A stretch of 64,000 bases of DNA from positions 62,001 through 126,000 of the forward strand of contig MCFE01000144.1 of NCBI GenBank assembly GCA_002104905.1, in the 5' to 3' direction. Shown here one piece after another: positions 38,231 to 49,478 of the stretch. Position 1 is the stretch's first letter; every line of letters starts with the position of its first letter. The translations under genes were made by a program, and so were the position numbers. This DNA comes from Basidiobolus meristosporus CBS 931.73 (taxonomy: Eukaryota > Fungi > Basidiobolomycota). The notes beneath the pieces are model-generated. The model saw only the letters and a program-made list of their open reading frames with translations, had not been told where the DNA came from and did not search any database.

Positions 38231-38996
38231 CTACCCACTAGGTCTTTTTTGAGTGTAGCCCTGCTTCTTGCACTGAGATTGATTTGTCAAGATCTCCCAA
38301 GCCATGGCATTGGTATTCCTTCCTATCAGTTACTTACATTTGCTTCCAAGTATGATGAGATATATGTCAACTTGCATAGAGTTGGATTGCTTGTACCTAA
38401 GGTATAATGGATACAATCTTGACCAGTGCATCTGCATTCAGAACTATCAGAACTGAGACTGAAGTTATTTTATGTGGCCTTGCTTACAGATAATGGATTC
38501 TTGGCTACTTCTGGTAGACAGAGCACTACTTTGGAGCTAAGTGTGTGGCTTCCTTCTTTACTTCTGAGATTGAATAGATGGCTTTTAATATCTTGCTGGC
38601 AATATTTGCTATTCTTCACTTAGCAAGAGTGACTGCTTGGGGCCCATAACCTGCTGTAAACATTTGGTGATACAGGAAGTGAATGTGGCAATAAGTATAT
38701 TATGACATTTTGACTAGATGCTTTATCAATAGGAGTGTAGTATTTATACTGTTAAATGATCTGGAAGAAATACCCACATAGAATATGTTTGAAAGGTTCC
38801 ACAAGCATGTGTACCAAGTAGGGAGCTGTTTGGACAACCTTGAAAATTCTCATGTATTGGGTACCTGAAATTAAAGGAAAAATATTCTAAATACATCCCA
38901 GCATAGATTTAGGTCAGAATTTTTTAAGGTTGGTAAGCAGTGATCCCAGCTATTAAGTTAGGTGAGTATTTAGATATGGTTACAGAACTTACAACA
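38230..38996 (-). mobile_element. Internally deleted copia family C element (5' LTR, PBS, protease to pre-integrase segment)
   Basis: LTR 38652-38996; PBS rc ggttatgggcccc at 38639-38651; 38230-38600 matches 34216-34509 (KEVLYVPEIAKNLLSVSKA..YLEAN); gag is absent. Confidence 0.8.
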
Positions 38997-39498
38997 GTAA
39001 GTTCAGAGAAACTTGGAGGTCAGCTGATATTATGATGGTATTCTGCCAGCCTTGAGTTGAGTATTTTTTCTTAGGAATATGGGCTACAAGCTAGGCCATG
39101 AATCAAACTTGGATTAGCCTTGCGATTGTGTCAACACAAGTTGTCCACAATATACTATGCCTCTTCAAGTGGTACTTATCACCAAGGTCAATCTCTGCAT
39201 TGTATTGCAATCATGGAGAAAAATGAAGAATTCCCAATGCTTCAGGTGTCAGCGATTTTGAAGGAATTCTCACCGTCAGGATACTGAGCACACTAGCAAG
39301 AATGGTAACGATGGGTAACAGCAGACCAAGAAGAGCATTGATCAATACGGAATTTTTGTGGCATAATTTGCATCCAAGCGATCATGCCCAATTCAGGTTT
39401 TCAAACCGGCTACACACTTGATAAACCAGTGGCACGTGGGAATCAAGCGATTTATTAAATGAGGGAACACAAATGAACGCAGTGGGCTTGACCATCTA

Positions 39499-41066
39499 TC
39501 ACAGGTACTCATCCTGGACGGCGAGAACATCCTTCGGGGCAAATGTGCGCTCCAGGCTGCCCTGCCAATGATCATACCCGTGACCTTTCTGGAATTCGTC
39601 CAGTTTGGGAATCAGATACTCGTTCAGAACGATTGTCTTGCCACCGGAAGATTTTTCCCAACGCGCCCTCACTCCGTCCGCGGCCTCGATGTACTTCCAG
39701 CCATTTACAAATGGAGCGGGCATGTACCCTTTCACGTTCTTGACTCGATGGGACACGCTAGGGTGAATCTCCTCCATGAACTGGTCGTAGTGAATCTCCT
39801 TGCTTCCAGCCTTCTCGAACGCCTTGGTCTCCCCTGGCTTACGACAGTAGGATGCCTTCCCGGATGACATGAGGGACGGTACCCACCAGAAGCTTGACCA
39901 AGAGTTGGTGTCTATAAGTACATCGTTGTTATTCCAAGCAATATTCCTCCATGCAGGAGTCAGGTTACGAATGCTCTTGTTCATCGTATCAAGGTTTGTT
40001 GCGCCGATTCTGAAGAGAATATACTTCTGCAAGGCGGTGCCACTGAGTTGCAGCAGGCGGAAGAGCTGATCACACATCCAGGAAAAGGCGATCTCGTCGA
40101 CGCTGCTGGTATCAGCGGAGCCTTTGCCCTGCCCGCCAACGTCGGAGTGATAGCCAGGGAACCAGCACTGCTTAAGGTTCACACTTGTCGTGCCGTCTTC
40201 GTTACAGCAGCTGGAGTCAAGATACCACAGAGTAGGCGGGAAATTGCCTCGAGTCTCGTCCAGCGCTAGCGCTTGGAATGCATTCTCGATTTCTGGTCGT
40301 AGTTAGCACATATGCGCATGTGATCAATGAGAAAGGACTTACTAGGATTAAGTTTTGTCGAGTGGAAGTGTTTATCTTCTCCGGCTTGGCCAAACCAGTT
40401 GAAACCTCTCAGGCTACCAACGGTGTCCCAGACACCCACAACCTTGATCTTCACATGTTCGTGTGCGGCTTTTCTCAGATACGACAGGCGGGTACCATAC
40501 GAAGGCCTTGGTGCGCCCTGCTGTGGTGGAACGGTGCCAAGCTCTCCAGCAATGAGCTCTCCCTGAGCCCACGCGGTCTCTTCAAAAGTCAAATCGCCTC
40601 TGCTCTTGTAGATACTGTAGACCTCAAAAAAGTGGTCCATCAGGAGAGGAGTTAGAAGCCCCACTTGACAGATAAAGCCAGCCAGAGACCGGGCTGTATA
40701 AGCGCCACGGGAGAAACCGAAAAGAAAGATCTCATCTCCAGGACCCCAATTGTTGGCGAGGAAGTTGTAAGCTTCGCAGACATTTTCCGCGAGACTGTCG
40801 CCAAATGCACCTTGGCGAGCTTTGTCGACGTGGGTTAGAGAGCCGGTACCCACACCAGACTGGTAATAGACTATCTGGGGGACTTTCTCACCCTCATTGT
40901 TGATACCGACCCTGGAAATCACTCGGCTCAAACGAGCAACATTACTGGAATAGTCCTCGGTTCCTTTGTCAACTCCGTTGAAAGTCCCGTCACAGCATAC
41001 GATGAGTCGCTTCTTTATATTTCCTTGGGCCTGGGTGGATTTGCAAGCCAAGCAATTATCAGTCAT
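39499..41066 (-). CDS. DUF2235 / T6SS Tle1-like alpha/beta hydrolase, 505 aa, 2 exons (41066-40343, 40292-39499)
   Basis: RLIVCCDGT, SNVARL, YQSGVG, GDEIFLFGFSRGAYTAR, GVWDTVGS, ALALDETR, WFPGYHSDVGG; 50-bp intron GTAAGT..GCTAAC..CAG keeps the frame. Confidence 0.92.
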
Positions 41067-43335
41067 GATGGAGGAGATAGTCACCAAAGCTACTGTAGAG
41101 AGAGTGAATATTACCTGGTAAAAAGTCCCAGTATTTATGGAGATTTGCTAGCGTGGTACAAGCGGGCTGATAACCAGCACAGCCAATCATGGTAGCATGT
41201 TCCATAGGTAAGTGTGGGTGTACAATGATCAAGATGGATAAGACGGCTAGCTACCCTAGACTACTTATGGCCGGTACTACAATGACCCTCATTTTGGTAA
41301 TACTGCGTATTCTGGCTAACGAAAGCCTGAGTATGTCTTTTCGCTGACCCATACATATGTATATATATACTCAATGTATACCCTGGTCACCGAGATCTTT
41401 TGTAAGCTGTATAGTGCTACCCAGCATATATTCCACTCACTTTTTTCCATCTCCATGGAATCTTACTATGTTCATCTCTGTGTGTGTGTGGCCCGCAACG
41501 AATGCACATTATAACACAACTGTACATGCTTATTCTCCAGTTGAGCTGCACAATGCTTGACGTTTGTCAAGATCCGGTCACCTGATGCTACATTGAGCTG
41601 AAATGCTGAATGCAATCACATAGCCAATTAAAGAGATGGATTTAATCTGGATGAGCTCAGTACCATGTCTTCACTTCTCCAGCAAGTTATCAAATTTGAA
41701 AAGCAAATCATGTGCAATATGTATGGTTTATTGAATTATTTCGAAGTATTCAGTCACTGGGCCATTTCCACTATTTCAATGAATGATTCCTCATCAAATT
41801 GTCACCGTGTTTAATACCTAAATTTTGAAGCCAATGTTATGGTATTTATGTTGCAGCATAGATTGCTTACTGGATGTTTGCATACATGGAAGTTCCTTCC
41901 CTGCCAGAAGCCCTTAGGTAGTACATGTCTGTTATTGTAGATATAGATGCCAGGAAGTGATTTATGGTTATATGAAGTTGGTATAGTATTAGCCTATTTG
42001 TCTAACGAGTAAAAATCATGCATACAAACTTGAGGTAGTGCCTTGTATGATTAACAGTAGGAACGGTGTAAGGGATGCCCTTGGAAGCAGCGCACAATTA
42101 TCGAGGCACTTGCATGGCCACCAAGACTTACCATTCCGAGGTGTTAGCAAATGATTTACATATGCATTCTGGAGACAATGCTACTTATCGGGAAAGTGGT
42201 AGACTAAGATTCAGGTATAATCCATGTGCTACACCACCATGTATATTAGCGGACTCAACATATATCACTAGTGAGTTGGTAGGGAGAGTTCATTAGTTGG
42301 TCTGCTTACATGGCTGAAAACAGAACTCCAGTGCAACAAGAGAACCGCATCCCCAGCGACTTGATCAGTACTAGGGCCATTTGGTGGCAAGCGGACTCTT
42401 TGCTTCGCAAACAGCCCCCTAAAGTTGATAAAAAATCTTAGTTCCTTCAGCATCGGTGTTGAGGGGATTCTAACAAGGTTCAGTCCAGCGCATAAATTAC
42501 TCGATGAATTTATATAAAAGTCGAAGAAACAGAATGACCAGCCCCAGTTTATATGCGTGCCAACCGCAAATACTCAAATCACATGGCTTTCCAGTAAAGG
42601 TTTCCTACAGAAAGAATGCATAGGCCTCAACTGCAACCCAAAACATCAAGATTGGGTGAAATCCCCCTTCTCTTCAATGGCATATCGCTACAGATTTATG
42701 GTGGGCCAAGCGTCCGAGTCTAACCTCCCACATCATGACGGAGCCGGGACAGTGTGTATTAGAAATCAGCGAATTTCACCCAACATCATTGCTCCGATAT
42801 TATTAAGGGAGAAGTGGAATCTTTAGTTGCTAACCTCCTAGCCGGTTTCCTGGAACTTCTCCTCTTAGTTACGGGTTATTATCTTGCCCGACTCCTACCT
42901 CCTCCCAATGAAGGCGCAAGAACAACAATGAATGGTTAGTAAACATGTACACGTAGGTGAGGTATGCGTGCGGTCGGAATGAAGGGTCATGTAGGTAAGG
43001 AACAGGGAAACGATTCATCTACTGGTCTGGCATGATTCATTGTTAGCCTTTTTGCAAAGAGTGGCTTGACCTGGCATCCACGCAATGTATCATCGGAAGA
43101 TCGTTGCTTGGAGGTAATTAGCTCGATTTAGACATTGGATTAGTTAGGCAAGTGAGCTAGCAAGGGCGAGGGTGTGAGGACAGCAGGGGGAGATTTAAGT
43201 GAGGGTCGGGTGAGAGGAAATGCTCGAATTGTCGGATGATTTACTCTTGCGCACATCGCTGTACGGAAGTAGTTATTCGACGAGGAGTATTTAAGCCAGG
43301 CTTGCCACCTACGGAGCAGACAAGAAATATCCCTC

Positions 43336-44202
43336 ATGCTTTTCAAATCCACCGTTGTATTTACTGGTAGCCTAGCTTTCCTGTTGAGCGCAGAAGCTGC
43401 ACCTCATATCACCCAACCACTCGTCAGCCTTGGGCTTAAGCTCGATCCACTGATCAAGGGGCCAGACGCCCCATTGCTGGAATTGGGCCAAGAGGACCCG
43501 GGGTTGCTTCATATCACCCCTCCATCACTGGCCAACAGCCCATACTCGATCGATCTTCCGGAGGGCCTGAAATTCAATGCGGTCAACGACATTGTGTATG
43601 AAGGGTACGCTAGCTTGATGCGTGACTATAGCGTCTCTTGTCAGGACGCCATCCGCCGGATCGATCAGGAATTCCCCAACGTCAAGAATTGTTCTGATGA
43701 AAATGGCCTCTATTTCAGCCAGCTAGACACGATTTGCTCCGACGAATGCCTGGAACCCACCGTGACAGCCTCGAAGATCATCGTCGAGGCGTGCAAGCAG
43801 GAAGAGACCGATGGAGTAACCGACCGTAGCTATGCTTCTTGGTCGGATCTTGCCACAGCCAAGGCGGCATGTCAACCGGTCGATTACTTCGAGAGCAAGC
43901 GGTGTTTGGAGGTTGTCCTGGAGGCGAACGTGAACCGGGTCAACCTTAAGTACAAGAAGAACGCCAAGTTCCGGGAATATCAAGAGGTTCTCTGTCTCCC
44001 TTGCACTGAGGAATTCTACCTCGCCACGCGAGATGCGGAGAATGTGCCCAATCTATACTTCAGCGCGTTGGAAGAGTCGGAGGAACTATTCCAGGCATTC
44101 GAGATGTATTGTGGGTACAACATGCCTTACACACCAAGCCCCACCACCACACAGCACAATGCCACTGCGACCACAACTGATGCTGTCTCGAAACACAACT
44201 AG
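43336..44202 (+). CDS. Secreted cysteine-rich protein of unknown function, 288 aa, intronless
   Basis: Hydrophobic N-terminal signal peptide ending near AEA/AP; about 10 Cys including CSDEC and CLPC; Thr-rich C-terminal tail; biased codon usage. Confidence 0.8.
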   Translation: MLFKSTVVFTGSLAFLLSAEAAPHITQPLVSLGLKLDPLIKGPDAPLLELGQEDPGLLHITPPSLANSPYSIDLPEGLKFNAVNDIVYEGYASLMRDYSVSCQDAIRRIDQEFPNVKNCSDENGLYFSQLDTICSDECLEPTVTASKIIVEACKQEETDGVTDRSYASWSDLATAKAACQPVDYFESKRCLEVVLEANVNRVNLKYKKNAKFREYQEVLCLPCTEEFYLATRDAENVPNLYFSALEESEELFQAFEMYCGYNMPYTPSPTTTQHNATATTTDAVSKHN

Positions 44203-44276
44203 GCCGACAAGAACCGACGACTTTGACTAACTTATTTCCACCTCAAGCATGATAATTTAATTAGATACTTATTTTT

Positions 44277-44324
44277 TATCGTATGCATTATCGTATGCAT
44301 TATCGTATGCATTATCGTATGCAT
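44277..44324. repeat. Perfect 12-bp tandem repeat (TATCGTATGCAT)x4
   Basis: Read directly; lies between convergent genes. Confidence 0.97.
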
Positions 44325-44583
44325 ATATGCTAATAAACTCTCCACCCGGATCTAAAATTAGACTTGCAACGATTGGCAGTGTTTGGTGTTGGAGTGAGTG
44401 GCGCTACAATAAAGCGAAATCTTGACGGTGCGTTGGTGCCGAGATGACCTGTACCTATCAGTTACAGGCTAGGCACCGACCACATACTTCTTACAGAAAT
44501 AAGACTGATTTATTTGGGTACATTTTGGCTCCATTGATGGAGTTGGGGGCAATTTGGTCTAGCTAAGGTTGACCAGGACTAGG

Positions 44584-45475
44584 TCAGTTCAGCCTGTTAA
44601 GTTTGGCCAAGGCAAGATCAGCAGCCTTACGACCGGACATCATCATCGCCCCGAAGGTTGGTCCCATGCGAGCAGTACCGCTGGCCTCGGCCACCTCCAT
44701 TCCGGTAACGATCATTCCAGGAACAATCTCCCGGGTCAATGACACAATGGCATCTTCAGAGGCGTTCATGTCCAAAGCGCGCATGCCGGGCATCTTGTCA
44801 AGGAGACCCACCTCCACAAGACGACGGACGCCAGTGGCGCCGAAAGGTCCATCGTGGCCGCAAGAGGACACCACAACTTTGGATTCCACCACTTGGGGGT
44901 CCATACAGCTCTGGGTACCATGAGCCTTGGTGACCAGGGCCCAGTTAGTCACGACCCCTGAAACTGTACCGTCCCGGATGATGAAATCTTCCACCGAGGT
45001 AGCGTTGAACAGCTTGACTCCGTTGGCAATCACCTTCGAGATCAAAGTGGAGGTGAAAAGGGCGGCGTGGGAGACCACCACATAGTTCTCCTTCTCGTCG
45101 TAGGCAATGCCAAGTTCATCAAGAAATTCATGAGCCGGCTTGCGAACAACCATTGGAGAAAAGAGCTGGCCACCGACCCAGCCTCCGCCGCCTGGGGCAA
45201 CTGAGGCTTCGATGACAGCAACCTTGATACCTTTGTGCTTGCTGAGTTCGTAAGCACATGACAAGCCTGAAAGGAAGATCCGCTCAGTCGGGTGCAGACA
45301 TATAGCCCCAAGGGGAGTGACAATTACCTGAAGGACCAGCGCCTACAATGACGACGTCGGCATCAGCATAATCAATCAGATCCTGCATGTAGCGGGTGGT
45401 CATCTCGCGGGAGACATCAGACTCCTTGACGGGAGCGAACTTGAAGCTATCTTGAACAAGGACGTTGTGAACCAT
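44584..45475 (-). CDS. THI4: Thiamine thiazole synthase, 276 aa, 2 exons (45475-45328, 45266-44584)
   Basis: [47 protein letters not shown] (sulfur-donor Cys), [13 protein letters not shown]; 61-bp intron. Confidence 0.97.
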
Positions 45476-45522
45476 GCTTTTAAGGCTGTATACACTACAC
45501 TTTGACGGCTCCACCGAGCGCT

Positions 45523-45531
45523 ATTTATACC
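45523..45531 (-). promoter_or_regulatory. TATA box of THI4
   Basis: rc TATAAATAG about 50 nt upstream of the ATG. Confidence 0.55.
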
Positions 45532-46210
45532 TGAGACTGCCAGGGTTTTCCTACGAATAGTGTCACCATTTAATTTAACCGAAGGCCCCTTCCTTCTTTT
45601 TCCCATGAGTTTATCTTGGATAAGCTACCTCCTTATCCATCTACCTCTACGAGTACTTCACTTCTAAATCTTAATGTGCGTCAACGGCGATTGTCACACA
45701 AAGACGATCGTTAGCAACTGATATTTGGCATAACAACGCAGATGAATCTCATCTTAAAAATGACACCATCTACATGTGAGATCTACGCCGTATGCGAGTG
45801 TGGAATCATGGTACTTCAAGACATTACAAATTCCTAGCTTAATGGATCGGAATTCACATTTGATTTTGCAATAAAAGGAATGTATCAAGCGATAGTCAGA
45901 TGCCATTCAATAGGACGGTTAAATCCTCAATTCTGGAATCCCGGCTTATCCGCTTGACGATTTCAGGCTATTAGTCAAGACAACGTAGAGAGGGGGTTAC
46001 ATGGTGGGGACCTCTGACACATAACCAAGTCGTTACCACATATGAGTAATGACAAGTCTGCTAACGCTGCGTGGTGGCTCCACCATGCGAAACGGTAGCG
46101 TTATAAGGGGAATGGATGTTCCATGGAAGGTTATGGGTTCCGGTTGATTTTGAGGGCAGGCGAAATCCTCCAATCGCGTGGACATTCCACTAATCATTTT
46201 TCAACAGTCC

Positions 46211-46246
46211 AAAATTTTCCGCTCACGGTTTTTTTTTCGCGATGAT
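46211..46246 (+). promoter_or_regulatory. RRPE-like and PAC-like motifs upstream of NSA1
   Basis: AAAATTTT (46211-46218) and T-run-CGCGATGA (about 46229-46245), 80-115 nt before the ATG of a ribosome-biogenesis gene. Confidence 0.35.
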
Positions 46247-46325
46247 AGCCGCACTCCCAGCCTTGAGGCCTGAGGCTGCTGGCTTGAGGGTCTTTGTCAA
46301 CTACCCGAACACACATAGATAGAAC

Positions 46326-47878
46326 ATGAAACTTTATACCGGTGACGAGACAGGATTGCTGAAAGGTTAGGCTTTATTTTCGAACTACGACCTCCCCCTC
46401 CACCCACTAAACTGTTGCAGTGGTTACCCCTGCCCAACCTAAGGAGGTGAAAAAACCCAAGAAAGCAAAGGTCGTTGATGACGAGGACGAGGAGGTGAAA
46501 AAGAAGGATGAAAAAGAGCCCAAAGCCACCATTTTAACCTATGGCAAAGTAAATCGCGACGAAGCCATTCAACAGCTTCTTGTGACCAAAGTTGGAGAGG
46601 AGAAGCTTAAGATGGTAGGGACATTCACGGCACCAGTCTGTCGTCGTACAAGGCTAACGAGGCCTCGCAATCCAGATCGTTGCTGCTCGAAAGAGTGGCA
46701 AAATTCAATATATTCTTCCCTCCGACGGTAGTGTTCGAAAGGAGTTCATTGAGGAGTTCCCCACAGTGGCGAAGAAAGAACCCGAATGCGTCTTTGTTGG
46801 ACTTCATTCCACTGCCGAGTATGTCCTCTCGCCCACCCCGCCACTGTGAGCTTGATTTCTAACTGGGTGATTCTATATAGCACTGTGATCACTTGCACGA
46901 ATTACGGCAGCATCAAGTATCGTTCGATTTTAAAGGAGGCAGTAAGTTCGCCTTTTATCAACCTCATCGTCGCACGACCACTCACCGAATCCTAAAGGAC
47001 CCTATTGTTGCCACTCTTGATGCCGGCAAAGACATATGCTCTATGGCCGTTCACCCTCAGCACAGCAACATTCTGGCTACTGGTGGCAAGGAGCGTGACT
47101 TGAATATCTGGGACATCAATCAAGCCGAGCCAATCTTCAAAGCCAAGAATGTAAGTACCTGTTATCATGAGGCGACCCCAGGCGAAACTAACCAGGCTCT
47201 TTAGGTGAAGAACGACTTTTTGGATTTGCGAGTTCCAGTGTGGATCACCGCCACGCAATTCCTGAACGAAGACACCCACAAAGTGGTTGTCGGTACCAAA
47301 TATCATCAAATTCGTCTCTATGATGCCAAGAGCGCCCGTCGCCCGGTCCTGAACGTTGAGATCGGAGAGCATCCCATCGTTTCATTAACTCTGGCGCCAA
47401 ATCAAACGTAGGCATCTCCCTAACTGTGGGTCTCCTGACACTTTTATTAACAACCTTTCAGGGAGATCATTTGCTCGGATAGCATTGGCAATCTGTCTGC
47501 CGTCGACATCCGTACAGGTAAGAACGGCGCACGATCCACGACGTACGAGGCGACGACTCACCATCTCCATCACTAGGCAAATTGATCCACACATACAAAG
47601 GAATCGTCGGTGCCATCCAGGATGTGGACATCAGCTCCGAATCGGCCCACCAAGTCTGTGCTAGTGTTTCGCTGGATCGATTCCTCCGTATCCACGAAAT
47701 CTCCGGCTCCCGCAAGCTCCTGCACAAAATCTATCTCAAGCAAAAATTGACCCGTGTGGTCATCGACGAGGAGGAGGACGGCGAAGCCCAACCAGAAGAG
47801 GACGAAGACGAAGAGCTATGGAAGAACATGCGCAAAGTGAGCTCAACCAAGAAGCGCAAGCAAAAGATTGCTGCTTAG
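46326..47878 (+). CDS. NSA1: Ribosome biogenesis WD40 protein NSA1/WDR74, multi-exon
   Basis: MKLYTGDETGLLK, LATGGKERDLNIWD, AKNVKNDFLDLRVPVW, IRLYDAKSARRPV, SLDRFLRIH; several GT-AG introns. Confidence 0.93.
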
Positions 47879-48365
47879 AAAACGTTTTAGATAATTCATT
47901 AATTCTCGATTTTGTTCACACTGCGTCGATGAGCAGAATAAACCATGTAAAAGTGATCAAGGTTCGGGGTGTTGAGCATAGTATAAGCATGAGGGGCGAG
48001 TGTTTAGATGATTGATTTCCCTTAACAAAGAAAAAAATTTCGAACAAAACAAAGCGCTCAAGCAGCCAATCGATTTCCACCAACTGGTAAAGTAAACAAT
48101 ACCTGGTGGTGTTGTTGCATCAACGGATTAACAAATAGATTAAAATATTTGGGAGATCTGGTTGGAAAACAAATCCACAGCCAAAAGCACTGGCGAATCT
48201 ACCAACCTTCCATCTACAAAAGCTGCCCTCGGTGTGCTCTCCCTAAACCTCCCACCACTAACACTTCCCTTTTCTAGCTTCTTTCCAGTACCCATCCTTC
48301 CACTGTATTTCTCCCTAGTGATTGTTGTTTCCTAGTCCCGTTTTCCTCCACCAATCCATATCAGC

Positions 48366-49478
48366 ATGTCCAGCGAAATTTATCAGAGATTCGAAAAAGT
48401 TGGTGAAGGTACCTACGGTGTCGTTTACAAAGCCAAGGATCGCAGAACTGGCGAGATTGTTGCCATGAAGAAAGTCCGCCTAGAGTCTGAGGACGAAGGA
48501 GTACCTACCACTGCCATCAGAGAAATTTCCGTACTCAAGGAGCTCAAGCATGGCAACGTTGTTAGGTTGGGAGCATTCCTATGTAGAAACCTGCCATCAG
48601 AGTCCATCTTGCTAACTCCTCTTGTAGACTACTAGACATCGAGCACAACGACACCAAGCTATATCTTGTCTTCGAATTCCTTGACCTCGACCTGAAAAAG
48701 TACATGGACTTTGTCGGTGCCGAGGGCATGACTCCCAAGCTCGTCAAGGTAAGGCGCCTATGGTTACGGAGTAGTCTACGAAACATGTGTTGAATCTTGC
48801 CTTCTAGAGTTTCCTCTACCAATTAATCAAAGGAATGGCGTTTTGCCATGCTCGTCGTATCCTTCATAGAGATCTCAAGCCACAAAACCTTCTTATCGAC
48901 AAGGAGGGAGTCCTCAAGATTGCCGATTTCGGACTGGCCAGAGCCTTTGGCGTTCCCATGAGAAATTATACACACGAAATTGTGACTCTGTGGTATCGTG
49001 CGCCAGAGGTCCTCCTCGGATCCAAGCACTATGCTACTGGGGTCGACATGTGGAGTGTGGGATGTATATTTGCAGAGATGGTCAATCGCCGTCCTCTATT
49101 CCCAGGTAAGCATCAAGCCCTTCCCCCTCGTCCTTGTCAATAGCTAATGATTGTCATCAGGGGATTCGGAAATTGACGAGCTTTTTAAAATCTTTCGCCT
49201 ACTGGGCACACCCACTGAGGAAGAGTGGCCTGGTGTCACAAGCCTTCCCGATTACAAACCAACATTCCCTAATTGGAAGGGTCAACCGCTGTCCAAAGCT
49301 GTGCCGAACCTAGATCCTCTAGGCCTTGATCTTCTTCAGGTAAGTGTGACCTGTTGGCCAGATAAGCAATGCATGCTAACGCCGTCCATCGTAGAAAATG
49401 TTTATTTACGATCCAGCTCTCCGCATCTCAGCCAAGAAGGCGCTTGCCCACCCATACTTCAGGGACATGGAACAGTAA
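48366..49478 (+). CDS. CDC28: Cyclin-dependent kinase CDK1/CDC28, 293 aa, 5 exons (48366-48565, 48628-48748, 48808-49105, 49161-49339, 49395-49478)
   Basis: [54 protein letters not shown]; exon lengths sum to 882 nt. Confidence 0.95.

Noticed and set aside
664-38623. The many 60-160 aa ORFs in the repeat block as real genes
   Set aside because: They are off-frame, antisense or broken pieces of transposon sequence, often with non-ATG starts
1-39000. Classical ascomycete RIP
   Set aside because: The depleted dinucleotide is CpG while CpA/TpG stay abundant; the diagnosable substitutions are CpG-type, not CpA to TpA
40266-41087. DUF2235 gene as a 273-aa ORF starting at 41087
   Set aside because: That start is TTG and the ORF reads into an intron; the ATG at 41066 plus splicing gives the complete 505-aa domain
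45267-45327. TPP riboswitch in the THI4 intron (GGGG..CTGAG-like text)
   Set aside because: The intron is only 61 nt and lacks the AUAC..GA.CUGA core; CTGAG is better explained as the branch point
48000-48365. MCB/SCB/E2F cell-cycle boxes upstream of the CDK gene
   Set aside because: No exact ACGCGT, CRCGAAA or TTTSSCGC match; only a CCAAT was seen
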